A stretch of DNA of 19,236 nucleotides from Abditibacteriaceae bacterium (GTDB lineage Bacteria > Armatimonadota > Abditibacteriia > Abditibacteriales > Abditibacteriaceae), in assembly GCA_031372065.1 (NCBI GenBank), contig JANMKN010000092.1, positions 1 to 19,236 of the forward strand, read 5' to 3'. The first letter of the stretch is position 1. Every line of letters begins with the position of its first letter. The position numbers were made by a program, and so were the translations under genes. The notes beneath the pieces are model-generated. The model did not search any database. It was not told the origin of the DNA and saw nothing but the letters and a program-made list of their open reading frames with translations. This document shows positions 1-7,764 of this stretch, one piece after another.

Positions 1-2155
1 CTTCACCGGCGGCTAAGGCTTTGACATAGCGCGTCACGTCGGCTTTGTATTCTTTGGGCGGATTATAGGCGTCCAATCCGGCGGGCTGCTGAGCGATGGT
101 GACCGTTCCTATCGCGTCGCCCAAGTTCTTCAAATCGTAAGTGGCATTGGGCGCAAAAGGCGTTTTCAGTGCGACGACATCAAGGCGTGTCGGCGCTTTT
201 TCGTGGCCGAAGGCAACCGGCAGCACCAGACGCGCCGCAGCGATGGCGCGCGGCGACGGCAAGTCTTTAATTTCGCCGCCGATAAGCTGCACGAAAATCA
301 CGCTGCTGTCTTTATACCAGCGCAGTTCGTGGTCGGAAGGCAGCACTTCGCCTTTATTGCCAACAACTTGGCCCGCTTGCAACGCGATGCGTCGCGTCGT
401 GACGGCCCGCGCCACTTTAACCGGAGGCAGCGCAGCGCCGATGAGAAACGGATTGGGCAATTCTTTTAATTCGTCGCCGGGCGCGATTTGCGGCGCTATG
501 GCGCCTGCGGGCAGAGGCAGCGGCTTGGAATTTGGCGGCACGATTTCGCGGCGCATGAAGAGCATTCGCGGATAAACCGCATATTTTCCCTTCGGCGTCG
601 GCACGTCAATCGTCAGGCTGGACGGCAAATTTTGCGTCGTGAACTCTTTTTGCACAACAGTTGTAGTGGGCGACCACGTCGCGTAAAGTCCCTGCCCGAC
701 GTTGGCGTCGCGCTCGGCGATTTCCTCGAACGAGCGAGAGCGAAAGCCGGTTTGATAAGCGTAAGTCACGACCAAACGGTTGTCGCCAAGCTGTTTCGCT
801 TCGGCTGCCGAAACCGTGACCACGTTTTTGCCGGGCGAAAGATATGGCGCAACCGAGCGATTGTGCTGCACCGTCGCTTCTACGCGCAAAGCCGTCAACG
901 CCTTGTTGAAAGTCAATCGCAGCAAAACATCGTAATGGCCGCGCGCTTCTTTGGAAAAGTCCGCAAGTTGAACGGCCTTCCAGTTTTTGCCGCCGTCGCT
1001 GGAAAGTTCGACTTTATCAGCGCCGCTCACCAATCCCACGGCGCGCGTGATGACGTAAGGCGACTGCAAACGCAGCGTTATCGAAGCCGGTTTCGCAGCG
1101 TCTTTGGGCGCCAATTGGCCCGCTTTCCATTGCACGTTGTCCTGCGCCGTCAGGCTGGAAAGAAAAGTCGCGTTGGAGAAATCGGGCGCGAAAAGCAGCG
1201 TGCCGTTGGCGTAGCCGCGCGTGCCGCCGCCAACGCCGATATAAGGCTCTAAAATCGGCCCCAAAGCGGGCGAGTTGCGATAATCCTTGTCGCCGCAGGT
1301 GTGGCCCGGCGCTTCGTCGTGGCCGTCCCACCAATAAGCGTTGGCATCGGCTTTCCAATTCAGCGTTAAAGAATAGCCGGGCGCGAGGTTTACGTCCGTC
1401 GAATATGGCCCATCGACTTTGATGCTTTCCCACGAAGTCGGGCTGCCCGCCGCGCCGTTGCTCTTGACGCCGCTGAGGATGCCGGACGGCTCATCGCCGC
1501 ACACTAAAAAGGCGGGCGCCGTCCAGTTGGCTTTGTCGCCGATGATCTCGAATTGGTCGTTCGGCTGATAGTAAACCTTGCGCGACTTGTCGTAAATCAG
1601 GCTCGTGACCAGCGACGAATCGCGCTTGATGTCGTCTTGGCCGGCGATAGTGCGTCCATTCGGCGCGTTCGGGTCTTTTTTCCAAACGTAGAACTTGAGA
1701 AAAGTATCAAGATAATGCCACTGATTATCGTATTTGGCCTCGATTGTCGTGTGTCCGGGGTCGTTCCAACCGACGAATCGCCAATCCCAGCCGGCTTCGC
1801 GGTAAAGCGCGCCCAAACCGCAGTGCAAGCCGCCGCACAAACTCCAGCCGTAAACGTTGAATTGCTTGAGCGCCTCAACGCCGTCCGGCTCGCCGGGATA
1901 AGCGCGGTGATAGTTCGCAAGCGTATCGAAATTATAAAGCGCGATGGCCTTTTCGTCGTTGGTTTTGGCGCCGCGCGTCACGCTTTGCACGATGGACTTC
2001 AGCGACGAAGTGTCGGCGGCCTTATCCGGCAGCACTTTGATCTGGTGAACCAGTCCGGAGGGCGCGGTTAAAGGCTCTTGCGCGTGCGCGCCACCGATTG
2101 CGATTGTCAATGCGCTGAGCGTCACGAGCGCCGATTTTGGTTTGAGTTGAGTCAT
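1..2155 (-). CDS. Secreted transglutaminase-like (Cys-His-Asp) multidomain protein, >718 aa, 3' end outside window
   Basis: Hand translation from ATG at 2155 is open to position 2 (MTQLKPKSALVTLSALTIAIGGAHA-QEPL...DVTRYVKALAAGE). It has a signal peptide and upstream GAAGGA. Motifs YGWSLCGG (C107), PGHTTIEAKY (H135) and QWHYLD (D150) match transglutaminase-like order and spacing. One SSDGGKNW motif. The C-terminal part (LPSPRAIAAARLVLPV...DVTRYV) resembles DNRLRE-type beta-sandwich domains. Absent from the ORF track because no stop falls in the window. Confidence 0.85.
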   Translation of the reverse strand, partial: MTQLKPKSALVTLSALTIAIGGAHAQEPLTAPSGLVHQIKVLPDKAADTSSLKSIVQSVTRGAKTNDEKAIALYNFDTLANYHRAYPGEPDGVEALKQFNVYGWSLCGGLHCGLGALYREAGWDWRFVGWNDPGHTTIEAKYDNQWHYLDTFLKFYVWKKDPNAPNGRTIAGQDDIKRDSSLVTSLIYDKSRKVYYQPNDQFEIIGDKANWTAPAFLVCGDEPSGILSGVKSNGAAGSPTSWESIKVDGPYSTDVNLAPGYSLTLNWKADANAYWWDGHDEAPGHTCGDKDYRNSPALGPILEPYIGVGGGTRGYANGTLLFAPDFSNATFLSSLTAQDNVQWKAGQLAPKDAAKPASITLRLQSPYVITRAVGLVSGADKVELSSDGGKNWKAVQLADFSKEARGHYDVLLRLTFNKALTALRVEATVQHNRSVAPYLSPGKNVVTVSAAEAKQLGDNRLVVTYAYQTGFRSRSFEEIAERDANVGQGLYATWSPTTTVVQKEFTTQNLPSSLTIDVPTPKGKYAVYPRMLFMRREIVPPNSKPLPLPAGAIAPQIAPGDELKELPNPFLIGAALPPVKVARAVTTRRIALQAGQVVGNKGEVLPSDHELRWYKDSSVIFVQLIGGEIKDLPSPRAIAAARLVLPVAFGHEKAPTRLDVVALKTPFAPNATYDLKNLGDAIGTVTIAQQPAGLDAYNPPKEYKADVTRYVKALAAGE

Positions 2156-2281
2156 GGCCGTTCCTTCAATAAGTTGTGAGATTACCCACCAAACACGAAT
2201 CGTTTATGATCAGCGCCAGTGGCGTGCGATAGAGAGTTGCAAACAGAAATTTTCATCGCGCTGAAGGGCGAACGGAACTCG

Positions 2282-4627
2282 TCACGGCGCGCGATAAAGA
2301 AACGGACGACGAAACATTCCGCCGAAGTGGTGCGGGTTGAAGCCGCGCAGAGCAATGACGTTATGGCCCGGCTTCAGCTTGCCGCTTAAATCCACGTCCC
2401 ACTCGAATTTGTAGTCGCTCAGCCACCACGGTTCGCTGTAATCGCGGTGCAGGGCCATCTCGCCGTTGAGATAGAGCCACGCTTCGTTGAACAGGCCGGG
2501 GAACATCAGATGCACCTTGCCCGCCGTCTGCTCAGCCTTTAAGTCCAGCTCGGTTTGATACCAGTAATGGCCGGAGTAGCTTTGCCCGTCCGGGTTCAGC
2601 ACAGCTTGCGATTGCAAATATAAATCGCTTCGCAGCATCGTCCAGCCATTCGCGGCGCTCGGCGTTTGCGCGGCGAATGTGCTGTCCGGCGTGCCGCCTT
2701 CCATGCCTGTGTAAGTCCAGTTCGCGGGCAGCGGCGCATCGCGCTTGAACGACCACAGCAGCGGCGTTTTCTCGATTAAAGTGCCTTTGGCTCCGCTCGT
2801 GAGAGTGGCCAAATCTTTCATCTGCTGCACTTCGCCGGGAAACCACGCCGGGCCGTTTTCACCGATGTTCTTGTAAGTCGTAAAGGTCGGGTTTAGCTTG
2901 GTTAGCTCTTCGCGCGCCGCTAAAGCCTTGTCGCCGAAAATCGCCGCTTTTGCATAATCGCCTTCGCTTGAAGCTGCCGAAACCATCGCCGTATAGTTTT
3001 GGATGATATCGAAGCTGAGGCGCGTGAACTTCATGCGCTGCTCGTATTTCTTCCAGTCACGCGGCAATTCGCCAAGCCTCGCGCCGGTGGTTTTCATGGA
3101 CGTTTCGGCTTGCGTCAGATGCTTTTGCAGTTCAGCGACAAGTTCCGGCGTATAAATCGCGGGTGCCGCCATGTATTCATGCTCGGTGACGGCGGTGTTC
3201 TTCCAAGCCGCGAAAATCGCGTTCCAATACGCCGCCATCGGCTCTGCCGCCGGGCCGTAGAACTTCGGATAAAACTCGCTCAGCAGCGCATCCACATTGG
3301 CGTCGGGATTCCACATCAACTGGCCGCGAAAGAACAAGTTGAGGAAAGTCGTCGCGGCGGCGCCCCGGCTTTCGGTGCCGATGCCAAGAATTTTCGCGTC
3401 TCGATAATGCTTCACGTCTTGGGCGAAGGCGTGCTGCGAAGGGTTCGGCAAGTCGCGCCAAACCAGCATTCCCTGATCGTAATCGTAAACCGCGAGGCGA
3501 CCATTTGTCAGTTGCGCCCAACGCTCCATCATCGCGCGATACTCGCGGCGCGGCGGCGATTTCGGATCGTCCATGCCGTGATTCGGATCAATGTCAATCG
3601 GCGCGATCCACATCACAAGGTTCGGCTCGATTGTCGTCACTAATTTCGGCGGCAGCGTCACGTTGGCGTAAGCCATGCCGCCGATTTTGGTCGGAGAATT
3701 GGGATATTTTTCGCGCAGAATTTTGGCGACGTTGTTATAAAGCGTCAGCATCGCGTCCGTCAGCGAAGGCTTGAGCGTGTAGCGGTCGTATTCGACTTGC
3801 AAGGCTTTGTCGCCGGGCGCATCGCTGAGATAGTTGCCGTCTTCGATGGCTAAGGAAATTCCGGGCACACCTTTGGCGTATTCCGGCTCGATTTGGCGGG
3901 CGATTTCCTGCGCCGTCGCCGCGTCCGAAAACGCGATATTGAAGAGAGTTTTGCCCGCAGGAACCAGATTTTTGGTGTATTGACCGAGCGCGTGGCCCAT
4001 GCCCGCCATGCTGGTCTCGGTCATAAAGTTGCGGCGCCGGAACTCATCGGCGCCGGTCGAATCCGCGTTCCAACTCAGCCAATAATGACGAATCTCGAAG
4101 GGCGGCGCATAAGCCGTGTCCAGCGTGCCGATTTTAAGCGTTGGCTGTTCGGGAATGCACTCGCCGAACTCGGTCGGCAGATACCAACGGCAGCCCCACT
4201 GCTGCAACAGCCACGCGGCGGCGAAGTAATGCGACTCGTCGTTCGTGCCCGCCAGATAAACGCGGTTGCCCACGCGCCGCACCACAATCGCATCGGCGCG
4301 CACAATCGGGTTCGACTTGGCGACTTTGTTCAGCGCCGCCTTCAGCGACGGCTCGGCTCCAAGCGCCGCATTTCCAACAATGAACGCCAAGCCGTCAGGA
4401 ATGGCGTTCACGATTTTCGGCTGCGCGCCGCTCATCAGCGCGATGTATTTGACGAGGTCGTCCGCGGCACGCTTTTCCCACATTCCGGCGTTAGCGGAGA
4501 CGACCACGCTGGCCGCCGTCTGCCCATCACGGGCGATGAGCAAATCGGCGGCACCCGGTGAACCGGCGGTTTGCGCGACGGCGAACGAACTCATCAACGC
4601 AACGGCTAAAAGCAGAATCCATTTCAT
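2282..4627 (-). CDS. Secreted DUF4838-like (GH163-related) putative glycoside hydrolase with C-terminal galactose-binding-like domain, ~781 aa
   Basis: Start reassigned to ATG 4627 (MKWILLLAVALMSSFAVA-Q; GAAGGTG just upstream); GTG 4645 overlapping the previous stop is an alternative. N-terminal GH20/GH67-N-like segment (AADDLVKYIALMSGA...LQQWGCRWYLP). Core ends LMWNPDANVDALLSEFYPKFYGPAA, typical of DUF4838. C-terminal WYQTELDL...LMFPGLFNEAWLYLNG...LKPGHNVIALR resembles a GH2-type sugar-binding domain. Confidence 0.8.
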   Translation of the reverse strand: MKWILLLAVALMSSFAVAQTAGSPGAADLLIARDGQTAASVVVSANAGMWEKRAADDLVKYIALMSGAQPKIVNAIPDGLAFIVGNAALGAEPSLKAALNKVAKSNPIVRADAIVVRRVGNRVYLAGTNDESHYFAAAWLLQQWGCRWYLPTEFGECIPEQPTLKIGTLDTAYAPPFEIRHYWLSWNADSTGADEFRRRNFMTETSMAGMGHALGQYTKNLVPAGKTLFNIAFSDAATAQEIARQIEPEYAKGVPGISLAIEDGNYLSDAPGDKALQVEYDRYTLKPSLTDAMLTLYNNVAKILREKYPNSPTKIGGMAYANVTLPPKLVTTIEPNLVMWIAPIDIDPNHGMDDPKSPPRREYRAMMERWAQLTNGRLAVYDYDQGMLVWRDLPNPSQHAFAQDVKHYRDAKILGIGTESRGAAATTFLNLFFRGQLMWNPDANVDALLSEFYPKFYGPAAEPMAAYWNAIFAAWKNTAVTEHEYMAAPAIYTPELVAELQKHLTQAETSMKTTGARLGELPRDWKKYEQRMKFTRLSFDIIQNYTAMVSAASSEGDYAKAAIFGDKALAAREELTKLNPTFTTYKNIGENGPAWFPGEVQQMKDLATLTSGAKGTLIEKTPLLWSFKRDAPLPANWTYTGMEGGTPDSTFAAQTPSAANGWTMLRSDLYLQSQAVLNPDGQSYSGHYWYQTELDLKAEQTAGKVHLMFPGLFNEAWLYLNGEMALHRDYSEPWWLSDYKFEWDVDLSGKLKPGHNVIALRGFNPHHFGGMFRRPFLYRAP

Positions 4628-4641
4628 AAACACCTTCGTTT

Positions 4642-7224
4642 TCACTTGAGAATGCTCAAGCCATCCTTCACAGCGACTTCGCGCGGCACGAGCATCTGCG
4701 CCGACGAAGGCGACAAATAATTGGGCGCGTTGAAGAAAATGAAGCGGCCTAATCCGAACGAAGGCCCGCCGATTTTCCACGCTTTGCCGTCCATGCCCGG
4801 CGGCACGGGCACGAAAACGTAATCGCCGTCCACGTCCACGTCTTTGGCCACGCGCCCGCTTGGATCAATAATTTGGTGCGCGCCGCCATGCTGCCACGCT
4901 TCGCGCTTGTAATAGTATTCGATTTGCCGCGTGCCTTTGGGAACGTAAAACCACATTTCCGGCACGCCGCGCATGGCGCGAAAGCCGCGTTCACGCATCG
5001 GCAGCGCGACAATCTGATCGGCGGCTAAGAACACTTCCGAATACGCGCCGTGATCGTGAAAGTCGAGGTAATAAAGGCCCGGCGCGGGGACGGTGAAGCT
5101 GAATTCGAGCAGTTCTTTGGGTTGCGGCTTGCCGGTTTTCAGCACTTTGCCCTTGGCGTCGCTGATGGTATAAATTTGCCGCAAGCCGCCGTATGCGTCG
5201 CCGGCTTGCACCTTGATTTTCAGCGGTTCTCCGCGCAGGCTGAGAAAAGCATAAAGCGAGCCTTCCTGATAAAGTTGGCTCGTCGCTACCGGCTGACCGC
5301 CTAAATTAACCGCGACTAAATCGCTCGAAAATTTTAGCTCAACGGGCACTTTTAAATCGGGAAAATAAGCCAAACCTTCGGCGAAGCCTTGCGCGGTTTC
5401 CTCGTGCGTGACGGGCGTGTTCACTTTCCAGGGCTTGGGCGTGTTCGGCGCGAGTTGATCTTCTTTAACCGAGTTTTGGCGCAGCGCTTCCCAGTGATCC
5501 ATGTAGGAATAGCGCGTGCGATAAACAAGGGCGAAAACTTCCTGTTCCATCGCGGCTTTTTTGGCTCCGTCGCTTTCGCGCGCCATGCGATAGTTGAGAT
5601 ATTCGTAGCGCAGATAATTCTTGATGTCGTCCAAACGGCGCTGAATGTCGGGTTGATTCGCGGTCGTTTTGCCGGCTTCGTCCACGCGGCGAAAGAGCGC
5701 GCCCAACACGCCGGGACTTATCGGCGGCGAGTTGTCGGCCATTTCATAATACTGCTTCATCGCGGGCGCTCCGGCGCCGAAGGCCTTCGTGTAAAAATCG
5801 CTTAACACAGCTTCAGCATCAGTTTGCGGGTTCCACATCAGCTTGTTGGCGAGATAATAGCCGCGCCCGTGCGGCCCCCAATTGTTGCCGCTTTCGGCGG
5901 AAACGCTGGTGGCGAAAGCGCCGCTCTGGGCGTTGGCTTTGCTCCACGCCTCGAACATCCACTTCAGCGAATTTGTGTTGGCAGCCTGTCCGCCGGGCCA
6001 GCGGTCGTAATCCCACAGCCATGTCGAGAAATACGCGTAAAAACCGAGGTTTTTGGCCTTTTTCGGCCACGCTTCGAGCAATTCCGGCAGCGTCAACTTG
6101 CCGCCGTTAAAGGCCATCGTGAGTTGAATATAAACGTTGGGTTCGAGTGCAAAGGGCGGTGGGTCGGAGTGCCAATTGTAAGCGTAAAGCCCGGCCATTT
6201 TGCGCTCGTTTGGATACGCTTTTTGTAGCGCGCGAGCGACTTCGTTGGCCATGCCGAAAATGGCGTCGCCCGGCGTGCCGAGTTTCTGGCTTTCGTCGCT
6301 TTCCGAGTAGCCGCCGCCATCGGCGGGATCGAGGCTCACCATATCGACATTGGGATGTTCTTTGAAGAAGCGCAGCGCGTAATCCACGACCATTTGGCGC
6401 ACCGTCGGGTTTCCCAATTCGATTTGCGGCCCCTGGCGTTTTCCGCCGGTCAGCGCATAGTATTCCGGGTGCTTGTCGAACTCGGCTTTGTTTTGATCTA
6501 TGACTTGAAACAGCGCGTGTCCGGCATTGACGCCAAACGATTCGGCTTGATTGTTGTGGCGCTTCCAATCCTGATAATCCTGACCGGCGCTTTTGCCTTG
6601 CGGATGGCCGTTATCGTTGAAAACGCCCCACGCATACCAAATGCTGCGCGACAAAATCACGGGCCGGTCGGTGATGTCGCGGTTGAAGGCCAGATTCGGC
6701 GTGTTCGGCGCGATTTCCCAATTGGGATTCGGGAAAAACCAGCGGCAGCCCAATTCTTCGAGCAGACGATAAGCCGCGTGGCTGGCGCCTAAATCGGTCG
6801 CTCCGAGCAGCAATAAGCGGTTTGGGCGCGTGCGAATGGCATAGGCTTCTTTGCCGTCGAAACTGTTGACGAGTTCCAAGGCTTTGCTCAAGGCCGGCGT
6901 GGGAAATTCGCTTAAGCTGCCCAGCACGATGCCGGATGAGCCGTCGCCGGTTTTCACTTCAAAAGTCGCACCGCTGATGCGCTTCAAGTAAGCCGCCAAC
7001 TCCACTGCGACGGCTTTGGTCGAATTGGAGGCTTGCGGCGAAATCACAATCGGCAGCAAGGCTTTTCCTTTTTCGGCCAACGTTAGCGTGGTTTTGCTGG
7101 CCGTCGCGTTGCGCGTGATTGGCGTGAGGTTGACGCCGTTATCGGCGCGTCCGCCGGCGCCGATGAGGAGTGTTAGCACGACAGCCAATGCGGCCTTCCA
7201 ATGAATCGTTGTCAAGCTCATCAT
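4642..7224 (-). CDS. Secreted DUF4838-like (GH163-related) putative glycoside hydrolase, 860 aa
   Basis: Long ORF with signal peptide. Motifs ELAAYLKRISGA, LEELGCRWFFP, HPEYYAL, VSLDPADGG, YAYNWHSDPP and KLMWNPQTDAEAVLSDFYTKAFG match DUF4838 proteins. Paralogous to 2282-4627 in the N-terminal and core regions; C-termini differ. Confidence 0.85.
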   Translation of the reverse strand: MMSLTTIHWKAALAVVLTLLIGAGGRADNGVNLTPITRNATASKTTLTLAEKGKALLPIVISPQASNSTKAVAVELAAYLKRISGATFEVKTGDGSSGIVLGSLSEFPTPALSKALELVNSFDGKEAYAIRTRPNRLLLLGATDLGASHAAYRLLEELGCRWFFPNPNWEIAPNTPNLAFNRDITDRPVILSRSIWYAWGVFNDNGHPQGKSAGQDYQDWKRHNNQAESFGVNAGHALFQVIDQNKAEFDKHPEYYALTGGKRQGPQIELGNPTVRQMVVDYALRFFKEHPNVDMVSLDPADGGGYSESDESQKLGTPGDAIFGMANEVARALQKAYPNERKMAGLYAYNWHSDPPPFALEPNVYIQLTMAFNGGKLTLPELLEAWPKKAKNLGFYAYFSTWLWDYDRWPGGQAANTNSLKWMFEAWSKANAQSGAFATSVSAESGNNWGPHGRGYYLANKLMWNPQTDAEAVLSDFYTKAFGAGAPAMKQYYEMADNSPPISPGVLGALFRRVDEAGKTTANQPDIQRRLDDIKNYLRYEYLNYRMARESDGAKKAAMEQEVFALVYRTRYSYMDHWEALRQNSVKEDQLAPNTPKPWKVNTPVTHEETAQGFAEGLAYFPDLKVPVELKFSSDLVAVNLGGQPVATSQLYQEGSLYAFLSLRGEPLKIKVQAGDAYGGLRQIYTISDAKGKVLKTGKPQPKELLEFSFTVPAPGLYYLDFHDHGAYSEVFLAADQIVALPMRERGFRAMRGVPEMWFYVPKGTRQIEYYYKREAWQHGGAHQIIDPSGRVAKDVDVDGDYVFVPVPPGMDGKAWKIGGPSFGLGRFIFFNAPNYLSPSSAQMLVPREVAVKDGLSILK

Positions 7225-7330
7225 GTTGTTTTTTGAACCTCGCAGTCTTAGTTTGACTCGGTTTCCTTGCTTAGAATCAGTTTAAAAAGTGTTTTCGTGG
7301 CAGAAATTGCGGCTGGAAGGGTGCGTGTGC

Positions 7331-7536
7331 CAGAGCAATCGCATGAGAAATTTTTCGGGCCAAATGGAGCGTGTGAGTGACCAAAACAGGCAAGAAGTCA
7401 ACGATCCAACCTGTATGAACTTGCTTGAAAGCACTCTCATGAATCTCTCAATGCAGCTTTCTGAACTCGATAGCCGTAGTTTTGTCCTTCCAGCATCAAC
7501 ATCCAGACTTCAATAATTTCTCATGCGATTGCCCTG
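7331..7536. mobile_element. 206-bp non-autonomous miniature element or internally deleted IS, ISAs1-like ends
   Basis: Terminal inverted repeats: CAGAGCAATCGCATGAGAAATT (7331-7352) versus reverse complement of 7515-7536, CAGGGCAATCGCATGAGAAATT (21/22 identical). CAGGG termini are characteristic of the ISAs1 family. Interior is AT-richer with no transposase ORF. No target-site duplication is visible. Confidence 0.65.
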
Positions 7537-7537
7537 C

Positions 7538-7590
7538 AAGGTTCGCCCCTGTGAAATGCCCTTGCGTAGGGGCGAACCTTTTGTTCGCCC
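7538..7590. repeat. GTAG-family REP element with a truncated inverted partner
   Basis: GTAGGGGCGAACCTTTTGTTCGCCC (7566-7590) is GTAG plus an 8-bp hairpin GGGCGAAC/GTTCGCCC. AAGGTTCGCCCCT (7538-7550) is the exact reverse complement of 7568-7580. Confidence 0.7.
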
Positions 7591-7694
7591 ACTCCTATTC
7601 GGATAGGCTCTTATATAACTGTCCATTTGCAGGGGCAAGTTCAGCATTCACCCGCAGCATAATCGCACTGTGGCGACTATAAATTGCCGTTTTT

Positions 7695-7745
7695 AGTCCG
7701 CGCAGGTGGACTTCGCCGCTTTGTTGCCCGCAATTTATTCGCGGG
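7695..7745. repeat. REP-like double hairpin in the leader of the 7765 gene
   Basis: AGTCCGC-GCAG-GTGGACT (7695-7712, one G-T pair) and CCCGCAAT-TT-ATTCGCGGG (7727-7745, one bulge). Only one copy is in the window, so repeat status is inferred. Confidence 0.45.
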
Positions 7746-7764
7746 GGAATAGATAGCAACTCAC

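Noticed and set aside
980..1003. Sialidase call from the Asp-box-like SSDGGKNW
   Set aside because: A single copy with no RIP motif or further Asp boxes; such single motifs are common in beta-sandwich domains.
141..2071. Plus-strand ORFs (141-575, 488-1252, 1553-2071 and others)
   Set aside because: Antisense shadows of the long minus-strand gene starting at 2155; no recognisable motifs.
4628..4780. N-terminal 51-aa extension of the 2282-4780 ORF
   Set aside because: Overlaps the upstream gene and would bury the signal peptide; an RBS-like sequence supports ATG 4627.
7253..7277. TTGACT...TAGAAT sigma70-like promoter
   Set aside because: Spacer is only 13 nt, too short for a canonical promoter.
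7289..7682. Small ORFs 7289-7516 and 7482-7682
   Set aside because: They read through the inverted-repeat element and REPs, with atypical codon usage and no motifs.
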